Source: an uncultured Erysipelotrichaceae bacterium (GTDB lineage: Bacteria; Bacillota_I; Bacilli_A; Erysipelotrichales; Erysipelotrichaceae). From it: 32,000 nt of DNA. Position numbers and translations under genes: made by a program. The notes beneath the pieces were generated by a model, which was not told the origin of the DNA, did not search any database, and saw nothing but the letters and a program-made list of their open reading frames with translations. This document shows, in pieces, positions 9,622 through 18,336 of this stretch. Each line of letters begins with the position of its first letter. Position 1 is the first letter of the stretch. The stretch lies in assembly GCA_964401865.1 (NCBI GenBank), contig CAYNZZ010000001.1, positions 30,001 to 62,000 of the forward strand, written 5' to 3'.

Positions 9622-12093
9622 ATGTTAATGGAAGAATTTGAATTTAATCATGGAAAAATAAAAGAAGTTAATATTTCTAACGAAATGCGTGATAACTTTT
9701 TGAGTTATTCAATGTCAGTTATAATTGATAGAGCTTTACCAGATATTCGTGATGGTTTAAAACCAGTGCATCGCCGTGTTCTTTGGGCAATGTATTCTAT
9801 CGGAAATACTCCGGACAAACCACACATTAAATCTGCAAACATCGTCGGTGAAGTGCTAGGTAAATATCATCCACATGGTGATGCCGCTGCATATGAAACA
9901 ATGGTAAGAATGGCTCAAGACTTTTCATATCGTTATCCATTGGTTGATGGTCATGGAAATTTTGGATCGGTCGATGGTGATGGGGCAGCTGCTATGCGTT
10001 ATACCGAGGCTAGAATGTCTAAGATTTCCATGGAATTATTACAAGATATTAAGAAAGAAACTATTGATTGGAAAGATAACTATGATGCTAGATTTAAAGA
10101 ACCGGTAGTTTTACCAAGCAAATTTCCTAATCTTTTGGTTAATGGCTCAACTGGTATTGCGGTAGGTATGGCGACTAATATGCCACCTCATAATTTAACT
10201 GAGGCAATCGATGCAACGATAGCAGTTATGGAAAATCCTAATATTGATGTTACAGAATTGATGGATAATTACATTACCGGGCCTGATTTGCCTACTGGCG
10301 GTTATATCGTTGGACGCACCGGTATTAAGCAAGCATACGAAACAGGTAAAGGAACTATTACTATTCGTTCTAAGATAGATATTGAAGAAAAAGAAAATGG
10401 TAAGAAAAGACTTATTGTTAGAGAAATTCCTTATCAAACCAATAAGTCTAATTTGGTTGAAAAGATAGCTTCGCTTGTAAGAGATAAGATGATTGATGGT
10501 ATTACTTCACTTGTTGATGAATCCAACCGTAACGGAATTAAAATTGTTATTGAACTCAGAAAAGATGTACAAGTAGATGTAATTTTAAATCAGCTATATC
10601 GTTTAACTCAGCTTCAAACTACACTTTCAATTAATAACAATGTATTGGTTGATGGCAAACCGATGTTATTATCTTTGAAAGAGATCTTAAATTATTATAT
10701 CAACCACCAAATTGATGTTGTCTCTAGGAGAACACAGTTTGATCTTACAAAGGCTGAAGAACGTGCTCATATTTTAGAAGGTTTGAAAATTGCTCTTGAT
10801 TTTGTTGATGAAATAGTTGAACTTATTAAAAAATCACCTGATTCTAATATCGCTTTAACTAAGTTAATGGAAAACTATAATTTAAGTGAAATTCAAGCTC
10901 GTTCTATTCTTGATATGCAATTAAAGCGCTTGACTGGTCTTGAAAGAGATAAAATTATTAGTGAACTAGCTGAACTTAATATTACAATTGATGATTTAAG
11001 AGATATTTTAGCTAATCATAGTCGTATTATCGAAATAATAAAAAATGAATTGACTGATATTAAAGAAAGATATGGCGATGAAAGAAGAACTGAAATTATT
11101 GATGGCGATGTTGATGTCGAAGATGAATCTTTGATACCTGTTTCCGATACAATTATTTCACTGACAATAAATGGTTATATCAAGAGATTACCTATTGATA
11201 CTTACAAAACGCAAAATCGTGGTGGACGAGGAGTTAAAGGTATAACACTTAATGAAGATGATGTTATTGATCAAAACATTGCAATGTCTACCCATGACCA
11301 TTTATTATTATTTACAAATAAGGGTAAGGTATATCGCATAAAAGGTTATCGCATACCGGAAACAACTAGAAATTCTAAAGGTATTCCAGTTGTAAATTTA
11401 CTAAAACTAGACAAAGAAGAAAAAATTAAAGCAATGGTTGCACTTAAAAGAGATGAACAATTATATGGTTTCTTATTCTTTGTAACTAAAAATGGTATAT
11501 GCAAACGTGTTCCAATTGAAGAATTTGAATCAATTCGTCAAAACGGTAAAATTGCAATTTCATTAAAAGAAGATGATGAGCTAGTTGCGGTTAAATTGAC
11601 TAGTGGACATGACCAATTGATAATTGGTGCATCTAATGGTAAAGCTGTTCGATTTAATGAAAACGACATTCGACCTATGGGCAGAAATGCCAGTGGTGTT
11701 CGCGGAATGAATGTTGATGGTTCCGAGGTAATCGGTGCTTGTAGTGATGCGGATGGTTCTTATATCTTGGTTGTTTCTAAAAATGGATATGGTAAGAAAT
11801 CTGAATTAGCTGAGTATCGATTAACATCTAGAGGTGCTAAGGGCGTTAAAACTATCCAAATTAATGAGAAAAATGGTGATTTAGTTGCTCTTAAAGCTGT
11901 AAATGGCGATGAAGATGCAATGATCATGACTGATGGTGGCGTTGTTATCAGAATTCATTTAGATTCTGTTTCGACATTAGGAAGATCTACTCAAGGAATC
12001 AGATTGATAAAACCACAAGAAAACACCTACGTTTCTACGGTTACTGTTTTAGAAGCACAAAGTGATGATGAAATGCCGGAAGAAGAAAATTAA
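9622..12093 (+). CDS. gyrA: DNA gyrase subunit A
   Basis: 823 aa. Contains [11 protein letters not shown], the [21 protein letters not shown], active-site AAMRYTE and C-terminal beta-pinwheel repeats. The true start may be the ATG at 9628, because the aaggagg SD ends only about 1-2 nt before 9622. Confidence 0.97.
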   Translation: MLMEEFEFNHGKIKEVNISNEMRDNFLSYSMSVIIDRALPDIRDGLKPVHRRVLWAMYSIGNTPDKPHIKSANIVGEVLGKYHPHGDAAAYETMVRMAQDFSYRYPLVDGHGNFGSVDGDGAAAMRYTEARMSKISMELLQDIKKETIDWKDNYDARFKEPVVLPSKFPNLLVNGSTGIAVGMATNMPPHNLTEAIDATIAVMENPNIDVTELMDNYITGPDLPTGGYIVGRTGIKQAYETGKGTITIRSKIDIEEKENGKKRLIVREIPYQTNKSNLVEKIASLVRDKMIDGITSLVDESNRNGIKIVIELRKDVQVDVILNQLYRLTQLQTTLSINNNVLVDGKPMLLSLKEILNYYINHQIDVVSRRTQFDLTKAEERAHILEGLKIALDFVDEIVELIKKSPDSNIALTKLMENYNLSEIQARSILDMQLKRLTGLERDKIISELAELNITIDDLRDILANHSRIIEIIKNELTDIKERYGDERRTEIIDGDVDVEDESLIPVSDTIISLTINGYIKRLPIDTYKTQNRGGRGVKGITLNEDDVIDQNIAMSTHDHLLLFTNKGKVYRIKGYRIPETTRNSKGIPVVNLLKLDKEEKIKAMVALKRDEQLYGFLFFVTKNGICKRVPIEEFESIRQNGKIAISLKEDDELVAVKLTSGHDQLIIGASNGKAVRFNENDIRPMGRNASGVRGMNVDGSEVIGACSDADGSYILVVSKNGYGKKSELAEYRLTSRGAKGVKTIQINEKNGDLVALKAVNGDEDAMIMTDGGVVIRIHLDSVSTLGRSTQGIRLIKPQENTYVSTVTVLEAQSDDEMPEEEN

Positions 12094-12117
12094 GGATGAT
12101 ATTTATCATCCTTTTTA
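12092..12117 (+). terminator. Rho-independent terminator after gyrA
   Basis: AAGGATGAT-attt-ATCATCCTT (a perfect 9-bp stem) followed by TTT. Confidence 0.75.
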
Positions 12118-12136
12118 GTGAAAGGAGTTAATACAT

Positions 12137-12742
12137 ATGATTAAGAATAAAAATGTTCAAACATATTTTTATCTATTATTTGGAAGTTGTATCCTAGCTT
12201 TCGGTTTATATAATATTCATAGCTTTGCCGAAATAACTGAAGGTGGTATTTTGGGTTTAACTCTTTTGTTGTACCATTGGTTTGATATATCGCCATCAAT
12301 TTCTGGTTTTATTTTAAATAGTGCTTGTTATTTGACAGGATGGAAAATATTAGGAAATGATTTTGTTGTTAAATCGCTTGTTTCTGCCGCAGGTTTTTCT
12401 ATTTTTTATTACATCTTTGAATTATTTCCGCCTATTTATCCTGAAATAGTCGATCATCCTCTTGCGGCATCTGTTGTCGGTGCATTGTTTGTTGGAATTG
12501 GTGTTGGCTTAGCTGTAAGGGCAGGTGGAGCACCAGGGGGAGATGATGCTTTATCTATTTCTATCAATGTGATAACCGGAATAAAAATCCAATGGGTATA
12601 TCTGTTTAATGATTTAATAATATTACTGCTTTCTTTATCTTATATTTCATTATCGAAAATCATTTATTCATTGATAACGGTTATTATTTCTGGACAAGTT
12701 ATTGGTTTTATCAATAAAGATGTTTCACGTGAAACATTATAA
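12137..12742 (+). CDS. YitT-family (DUF161-type) integral membrane protein, short form
   Basis: 201 aa and polytopic. Motifs match my recollection of YitT/YczE-like proteins: F.LYN.....I.EGGILGLTLLL and GGAPGGDDAL. The last 7 codons (DVSRETL) are encoded by a parS palindrome. Confidence 0.7.
   Translation: MIKNKNVQTYFYLLFGSCILAFGLYNIHSFAEITEGGILGLTLLLYHWFDISPSISGFILNSACYLTGWKILGNDFVVKSLVSAAGFSIFYYIFELFPPIYPEIVDHPLAASVVGALFVGIGVGLAVRAGGAPGGDDALSISINVITGIKIQWVYLFNDLIILLLSLSYISLSKIIYSLITVIISGQVIGFINKDVSRETL
12721..12736. other. parS centromere-like site (ParB/Spo0J binding)
   Basis: TGTTTCACGTGAAACA is a perfect match to the Firmicutes parS consensus TGTTNCACGTGAAACA. It extends to the 18-bp palindrome ATGTTTCACGTGAAACAT. 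Confidence 0.85.
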
Positions 12743-12776
12743 GAAACTTATAAGTATTTAATTATTAACGATTTTA

Positions 12777-12988
12777 TGGTATGATGAGAGCACGAAATTA
12801 TTATGCAGACTAAGTAAAGACTGAATATATTTAAGAGAGATGATGCTTGGTGAAAATCATTTATTGAAAGTCTTGAAATCTACCTGTATTTTTGATGAAA
12901 ACATCACGGTTATGCTCGTTATCGCATTAAAGTAAAAAGAAAGGTGGCACCACGATTAATATCGTCCTTTGAAGGTGCTTTTTATTTT
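12777..12988 (+). promoter_or_regulatory. Extended -10 promoter plus T-box riboswitch leader (probable Ser UCU specifier) controlling serS
   Basis: Elements, in order:
- TGgTATGAT at 12777-12785
- K-turn-like UGAUGAGAG
- AG-bulge AGAGAG (about 12834-12839)
- distal-loop UGGUGAAAA
- candidate specifier UCU at 12879-12881 followed by A (GAAAUCUAC)
- T-box core GGTGGCACCACGA at 12943-12955
- terminator-like helix ending GGTGC plus TTTTTATTTT (to 12988). Confidence 0.8.
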
Positions 12989-13008
12989 AGGTGGGAGAGA
13001 AGATATTT

Positions 13009-14292
13009 ATGATTGATATTAAATTGATTAGAGAAAATTCGGAATTAGTAAAAGAGAATATTAAAAAGAAATTTGAAGATGAAAAATTAATCTTAGTCGA
13101 TGAGATTAAACAAATGGATCAAGAGTATCGAAATATCAAAACCAAGGCTGATACTTTGAGAAGTGAAAGAAATACACAAAGTAAATCTATTGGTTTATTG
13201 ATGAAGGAAGGTAAAAAAGAAGAAGCGGAAAAAGCTAAAAAGGAAGTTACATTAATCGGTGAAGAAATTAAGAATTGTGAATTAGAAGAAGAACGATTAG
13301 AAAAAGAAATTCACGATCGTATGCTAGTAATTCCTAATATTATTGATGAATCTGTCCCTTTAGGTAAAGATGATTCAGAAAATGTCGAAATTGAACAATT
13401 TGGCACAAAGAGAGTATTTGACTTTGAAATTCCATATCATACTGATATTATGGAAAATTTAAATGGTATTGATTTGGATAGTGCGAGAAAAACGAGTGGA
13501 AACGGCTTCTATTATTTAATTGGCGACATTGCCAGACTTCACTCGGCAATTTTATCTTACGCTCGTGATTTTATGATTGATAGAGGATTCACTTACTGTA
13601 TTCCACCATTTATGATTAGATCTGATGTTGTTACTGGAGTTATGTCTTTTGATGAAATGGAAAACATGATGTATAAGATTGAAGGAGAAGATCTATACTT
13701 GATTGGTACTTCTGAACACTCAATGATTGGTCGTTTCATCAATACAATAATTGATGAAAATAAATTGCCTTATACTCTAACTAGTTATTCACCTTGCTTC
13801 AGAAAAGAAGTAGGTGCACACGGCATTGAAGAAAGAGGAGTATATCGTGTACACCAGTTTGAAAAACAAGAAATGATTGTAGTATGTAAACCAGAATAAT
13901 CAATGAAATGGTTCCATAAATTGTGGAGAAATTCAGTCGATTTATTCTTATCGCTAGATATTCCAGTTCGTACAATTGAATGCTGTTCTGGTGATTTAGC
14001 TGATTTAAAAGTGAAATCATATGATGTCGAAGCGTGGTCACCACGCCAAGAGAAATATTCTGAAGTATGTTCATGTTCAAATCTAGGCGATGCACAAGCT
14101 CGTCGTTTACAAATTAGAATAAAAGGTGAGAATGGCAATTACTATGCTCATACTTTGAATAATACTGTTGTTGCTCCTCCAAGAATGCTGATTGCTTTCT
14201 TAGAAAACAACTTAAATAAAGACGGAAGTGTAAACATACCTGAAGCATTACGTCCTTATATGGGTGGAATGGAGAAAATCGAAAGAAAATAA
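13009..14292 (+). pseudogene. serS: Seryl-tRNA synthetase interrupted by a single in-frame TAA (13897-13899)
   Basis: MIDIKLIRENSELVKENIKKK... is the typical SerS N-terminal coiled coil. Motif 2 is FRKEVGAHGIEERGVYRVHQFEKQE. The sequence then reads CKPE-TAA-SMKWFHKL... in the same frame and continues through TIECCSGDLADLKVKSYDVEAWSP and motif 3 (HTLNNTVVAPPRMLIAFLEN). The ORF-track pieces are 12991-13899 and 13903-14292. The start at 13009 fits the ggtgggagag SD better than the GTG at 12991. Confidence 0.85.
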
Positions 14293-14311
14293 GGTAGTTT
14301 AACTATCTTAA

Positions 14312-14327
14312 TGTTTCACGTGAAACA
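14312..14327. other. parS centromere-like site (ParB/Spo0J binding)
   Basis: A second perfect TGTTTCACGTGAAACA, with the same 18-bp palindrome, in the serS-HAD intergenic spacer. Confidence 0.85.
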
Positions 14328-14338
14328 TCGGGGGTAAC

Positions 14339-14998
14339 ATGATAGAAGCGGTTTTATTTGATTTTAATGGAACACTGTTTTTTGATTTTGAATACCATGT
14401 TGAATCATGGCGAGCAGTAGTGGATAAAATAAGTAATGGCAAAATAGTGTTTTTAGACTTTTTTAAAAAGAATTATGGCCTGCACAATAAAGAATTTATT
14501 GAATTAATCTTAGATGAATGTGGATTAGAAAAGGACGAAGAAAAGATAAAACAGATTTCCGAATACAAAGAAGCGATGTATAGAGAAATGGTTATCAAAA
14601 CGAATGGTAAATTAGCACCAGGGGCAATAGAACTATTTGACGAACTAAAAAATAAGGGAATTAACATGACAATCGTATCAGCGTCGATATTAGATAATAT
14701 TAAATTCTTTTATGATTATTTTGATTTATCTAGATGGTTTAAATTTGAAAATATAGTTTACGATAATGGGCAATACACAAATAAAATTAAAATGTATCAA
14801 GATGCAGCTAAAAAATTAAATACCGACATTGAGAAATGTTTGGTGTTTGAAGATTCGCATATCGGTATGCAAAATGCAATAAAGGCTGGATGTAAAAAAT
14901 GTATTCACGTCAATTCAACGAATGCCGAACATATTGATAGTGATTATGTATTACAGGAAATTAAAAATTTTAATGATTTCAAAAGAGAAATATTGTAG
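14339..14998 (+). CDS. HAD-superfamily hydrolase (beta-phosphoglucomutase/phosphatase-like subfamily IA)
   Basis: Motif I is LFDFNGTLF, where Asn replaces the usual second Asp of DxDGT. Motif II is VSAS, and motif IV is FEDSHIGMQNAIKAG. Confidence 0.75.
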   Translation: MIEAVLFDFNGTLFFDFEYHVESWRAVVDKISNGKIVFLDFFKKNYGLHNKEFIELILDECGLEKDEEKIKQISEYKEAMYREMVIKTNGKLAPGAIELFDELKNKGINMTIVSASILDNIKFFYDYFDLSRWFKFENIVYDNGQYTNKIKMYQDAAKKLNTDIEKCLVFEDSHIGMQNAIKAGCKKCIHVNSTNAEHIDSDYVLQEIKNFNDFKREIL

Positions 14999-15002
14999 TG
15001 AA

Positions 15003-15031
15003 TTGAATTATCTTAAAAAATAAGCTATCAT
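15003..15031 (+). promoter_or_regulatory. Promoter of the SRP RNA gene
   Basis: TTGAAT (15003-15008), a 17-nt spacer and TATCAT (15026-15031). The predicted start lies about 6-8 nt downstream, where the SRP RNA closing helix begins. Confidence 0.5.
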
Positions 15032-15036
15032 AAATA

Positions 15037-15113
15037 AGGCACAACATTCATGTTCTAATTTGGTCAGGTCCGGAAGGAAGCAGCCATACGAGCCTCTGTT
15101 TGTGTGTGCCTTT
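15037..15113 (+). ncRNA. ffs: Signal recognition particle RNA, small (4.5S-like) type
   Basis: Contains the invariant domain IV sequence GGTCAGGTCCGGAAGGAAGCAGCCATA (15062-15088) with a GGAA tetraloop. It is closed by pairing of GGCACAAC... (15038-) with ...GTGTGTGCC (to 15110) and followed by TTTT. The ends are approximate. Confidence 0.85.
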
Positions 15114-15121
15114 TAATTTAT

Positions 15122-15574
15122 ATGAATAAAGAAGAATATATGAGTTTAGCTTTAAAGGAAGCTAAACAAGCATACATTGAAGATGAAGTTCCGATTGGTT
15201 GTATTATCGTCAGAAATGATGAAATTTTAGCGATGACACATAATCAAAAGGTAAAAGATAACAAAGCTACAAGTCATGCGGAAATATTAGCTATAAATAT
15301 AGCGAGTGAAAAACTAAATTCTTGGTATTTAAATGAATGTGATATATATATAACTCTTGAACCGTGCATAATGTGTGCGGGGGCAATTATTAACGCAAGA
15401 CTTAAAAATGTATATATTGCTGCTAGTGACTTTAAAGGAGGGGCTTTTGGTTCGTCGATAGATGTTTTAGAAGCTAAAAACATAAATCATCATCCTAACA
15501 TTGAAAAAGGGATTTTAGAAAACGAAGCTAGTGATTTGCTAAAATCTTTTTTTAAGGATAAGCGTAAAAAGTAG
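15122..15574 (+). CDS. tadA: tRNA-specific adenosine deaminase TadA
   Basis: Contains the HAEILAI and PCIMCAGA zinc-binding CDA motifs. The start at ATG 15122 (MNKEEYMSLALKEAKQA..) is preferred because the ORF-track start at 15104 lies inside the SRP RNA. Confidence 0.9.
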   Translation: MNKEEYMSLALKEAKQAYIEDEVPIGCIIVRNDEILAMTHNQKVKDNKATSHAEILAINIASEKLNSWYLNECDIYITLEPCIMCAGAIINARLKNVYIAASDFKGGAFGSSIDVLEAKNINHHPNIEKGILENEASDLLKSFFKDKRKK

Positions 15575-15592
15575 ATGTGATATAATAATTAC

Positions 15593-17437
15593 ATGACTTA
15601 TCAAGTATTATATAGAACATATCGCCCATCTAGTTTTAGCAGTGTAGTTGGGCAAAGCGCCATTGTCAAAGCATTAAATAATGCAATTAATAATAATAAG
15701 ATAGCCCACGCTTATCTTTTTTGCGGTCCTCGAGGCACAGGTAAAACATCAATAGCTAAATTATTTGCCAAAGCAATAAATTGTGAAAACTACAATGGAG
15801 AGTCATGTGAAATTTGTGATAACTGCAAGGCTGCCAAAAATAATGCTCATCCTGATATCATCGAATTAGATGCTGCCAGTAACAATAGTGTTGAGGATAT
15901 CAGAGATATTATTGAAAAAGCTCAATTCGCACCGGTTTTAGGCAAATATAAAATATATATCATCGATGAAGTACATATGTTGTCAAAACAAGCTTTTAAT
16001 GCACTTTTAAAAACATTAGAAGAACCACCTAAACATGTGATTTTCATATTGGCAACAACCGATCCGGAAAAAATAATTTCAACTGTTTTATCAAGATGTC
16101 AAAGATATAACTTCTCTAAGATTTCTAACTATGATATGGTCAGAAGAATTGAAGAAATATTGAAAAATGAAAAAATAGAATATGAAAAAGATGCTGTACT
16201 GGCACTAACCAAGTTATCTGATGGTGGCATGCGTGACGCTTTAAGTATGTTGGAACAATGTTTAGCTTACGACAATAAGTTAAGTTACGAAAATGTGAAA
16301 GCAGTATATGGCCTAGCTACAAAACAGGAAAAAATCGATATTATTATTAAAATGCACAAAAATGATCCATCAATAGTAATTGATAAATTGGAAGAGATGG
16401 ATGCTAATGGCATCGATATAAAAAGATTGTGTCTTGATATAATTGATATTTTTAAAGAAGCGATCTTATATCGTTTTCAAGAAAACTCTGATGAAACAAA
16501 ATTTGAAAATATTGACCGAAATGACGCCAATGAAATAAATCAAATGATTGATGTTGATACAATGCTCAGTGATATTGATGAATTGGTCGAAGTAATCAAT
16601 AGGCAAAAACAATCACAAACTGCTTTGTTTTATTTAGAACTTGCTGTTTTAAAAATTGCAAAACATAAAGTTGTTGATGGTGATACTGAAGTTACAAACA
16701 CAATGTCAAAAGAAAATGATCAAACTGTTATTCAGAAAGAAAAAACAGAAAAATCAACTAGTGAAGAAAAAGCGATAGTCGAAATTGAAGAAACGGTTAA
16801 AACTAAAGCAAATATTGAGGAAACTACTGTTTTGAATTCGTATGAAATCAACGACATAAATAGTGAAGATACCAACGATAATCCGTCAATTCCTATAAAT
16901 GATGCAAACATCACAAAAGAAGAAAATGTGAAAGCTGAAGAAGAAAATATTACTGTATCAGGCAAAATAAATATCAATGATGAAATTTTACTTAATATTT
17001 TAATTGGTGCAAATCGTGATGAAAAAACCAGTGATTCAATTATCTTTAACCGTATCGGATTATATGAACTGGAAGTTGAAAGAAGAAAATTTTATCAAGC
17101 TCTTCATGGGGCAGAATTGTTCGCCAGCGGCAAAGATGCGATGATAATATGTGGTGATAAAATTCAAAACGCTAAGATAAACGATAGAATTTTTAATGAA
17201 GATTTATATTTTTTCTTCAATGATGAATTTGGCATTGATAAAATGCCATTTGCCATTGATTTAGAAGAACGCAATCATTTGATTACGATATACAGGGACG
17301 CAAAGCTTCATCCGGAAAATTATCACCTTGATAAAGATATGAAAATAGAAAAATATAAAAGAGAAGCAGTCAAACCTAAAACAAAAGAAGAAGAATTATA
17401 TGAATTATTTGGCGATAAATTAGTTGTGGAGGATTAA
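15593..17437 (+). CDS. dnaX: DNA polymerase III subunit gamma/tau
   Basis: 614 aa. Contains YRPSSFSSVVGQ, Walker A GPRGTGKTS, a Zn module CENYNGESCEICDNC, DEVHMLS and SRCQRY. An acidic low-complexity linker spans about 16690-16990. Confidence 0.95.
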   Translation: MTYQVLYRTYRPSSFSSVVGQSAIVKALNNAINNNKIAHAYLFCGPRGTGKTSIAKLFAKAINCENYNGESCEICDNCKAAKNNAHPDIIELDAASNNSVEDIRDIIEKAQFAPVLGKYKIYIIDEVHMLSKQAFNALLKTLEEPPKHVIFILATTDPEKIISTVLSRCQRYNFSKISNYDMVRRIEEILKNEKIEYEKDAVLALTKLSDGGMRDALSMLEQCLAYDNKLSYENVKAVYGLATKQEKIDIIIKMHKNDPSIVIDKLEEMDANGIDIKRLCLDIIDIFKEAILYRFQENSDETKFENIDRNDANEINQMIDVDTMLSDIDELVEVINRQKQSQTALFYLELAVLKIAKHKVVDGDTEVTNTMSKENDQTVIQKEKTEKSTSEEKAIVEIEETVKTKANIEETTVLNSYEINDINSEDTNDNPSIPINDANITKEENVKAEEENITVSGKININDEILLNILIGANRDEKTSDSIIFNRIGLYELEVERRKFYQALHGAELFASGKDAMIICGDKIQNAKINDRIFNEDLYFFFNDEFGIDKMPFAIDLEERNHLITIYRDAKLHPENYHLDKDMKIEKYKREAVKPKTKEEELYELFGDKLVVED

Positions 17438-17438
17438 A

Positions 17439-17735
17439 ATGGATTTTAATAAGTTGATGCAAGAAGCACAAAAAATGCAAGCACAGATGCAAAAAGCTCA
17501 AAAAGAATTGGAAAATAAAGATTTTGTTGGTGAAGCATCTAATGGTTTAGTAAAGGTTACTGTAAATGGTAGTATGAGAGTTAAAGAGGTAGCCATAGAT
17601 CCGGAAATCGTTAATAAAGATGATATAGAAATGTTACAAGATATGATCGTTATAGCTTTTAATGAAGCGATTGCGAAAATCGAAGAGGTGTCGGAATCAA
17701 ATCTCGGCAGTTTGACTAAAGGTTTAAAATTCTAA
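17439..17735 (+). CDS. ybaB: YbaB/EbfC-family nucleoid-associated protein
   Basis: MDFNKLMQEAQKMQAQMQKAQKELE... is the canonical family N-terminus. SD ggagga lies 5 nt upstream of ATG 17439. The gene sits in the conserved dnaX-ybaB-recR position. Confidence 0.92.
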   Translation: MDFNKLMQEAQKMQAQMQKAQKELENKDFVGEASNGLVKVTVNGSMRVKEVAIDPEIVNKDDIEMLQDMIVIAFNEAIAKIEEVSESNLGSLTKGLKF

Positions 17736-17744
17736 AGGGTGTAT

Positions 17745-18335
17745 ATGTATCCAAAAAAATTTAATGAATTAGTTGAAGCGTTAGAAATGTTGCCAGGTGT
17801 TGGCGGTAAAACAGCTCAAAGATATGCCTTTAGTTTACTGGATAGAGAAAAAGAAGATATCGATAAATTGGTCGAAAGTCTTAATGCCCTTAAAAAAATC
17901 AAGCGCTGTAAGGTGTGTGGCTTTTTATCTGACGAAGACAAATGTGAGATATGTAAAGATGAAAATCGTGATTATAGGACAATCATGGTTGTCGCATATC
18001 CTCAAGATTTAGTAGCTGTCGAAAAAGTTGGACAATATCGCGGTCTATATCATGTGTTGAATGGTGTTATATCTTCTAGCAAGGGTGTATACCCTGAAGA
18101 CATCAATATAAGTTCATTATTTGAAAGATTAGACGGAGTCAAAGAGGTGATATTGGCTATATCACCAACGATGGACGGTGAATTAACTTCTTTATACATT
18201 GATAAATGTTTAAAAGATAAAAATGTTTTAGTAACCAGACTTGCTCATGGTTTACCTATGGGCTCTAGTCTTGATTATACCGATGACATGACGCTTATTA
18301 AGGCCCTTAATTATCGTCACAAGTTTGAAGAATAG
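17745..18335 (+). CDS. recR: Recombination protein RecR
   Basis: Contains the helix-hairpin-helix LPGVGGKTAQRYAF, a C4 zinc finger CKVCGFLSDEDKCEIC and a Toprim domain. The ATG at 17745 is preferred over the GTG at 17739. Confidence 0.93.
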   Translation: MYPKKFNELVEALEMLPGVGGKTAQRYAFSLLDREKEDIDKLVESLNALKKIKRCKVCGFLSDEDKCEICKDENRDYRTIMVVAYPQDLVAVEKVGQYRGLYHVLNGVISSSKGVYPEDINISSLFERLDGVKEVILAISPTMDGELTSLYIDKCLKDKNVLVTRLAHGLPMGSSLDYTDDMTLIKALNYRHKFEE

Positions 18336-18336
18336 T

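Noticed and set aside
7833-10437. Internal or antisense ORFs 7833-8045, 8698-8958 and 10195-10437
   Set aside because: They lie within gyrB or gyrA in alternative frames and have no independent support.
13785-14138. Minus-strand ORFs 13785-14138 and 13799-14095 across the serS interruption
   Set aside because: They are antisense to a reading frame that is clearly SerS on both sides of the TAA, so they do not explain the interruption.
14339-14380. The HAD motif I variant D-F-N-G-T (Asn replacing the second Asp) as a sign of an inactive enzyme
   Set aside because: Some HAD subfamilies tolerate substitutions at this general-acid position, and the other motifs are intact. There is not enough evidence to call it unusual.
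6374-15016. A 16-nt identity (AATTGAATTATCTTAA) shared by the yaaA-operon promoter (6374-6389) and the SRP RNA promoter (15001-15016)
   Set aside because: In a 32-kb window of this AT-richness, several chance 16-mers of A/T-rich composition are expected (rough estimate, not computed exactly). The -35 TTGAAT explains part of the match. It is treated as coincidence rather than a regulatory repeat.
16733-16750. A-rich run in dnaX (cagaaagaaaaaacagaaaaa) as an E. coli-style programmed frameshift site producing gamma
   Set aside because: In the dnaX frame the codons are GAA AAA ACA, which is not an X-XXY-YYZ slippery heptamer. Firmicutes are not known to make gamma by frameshifting.
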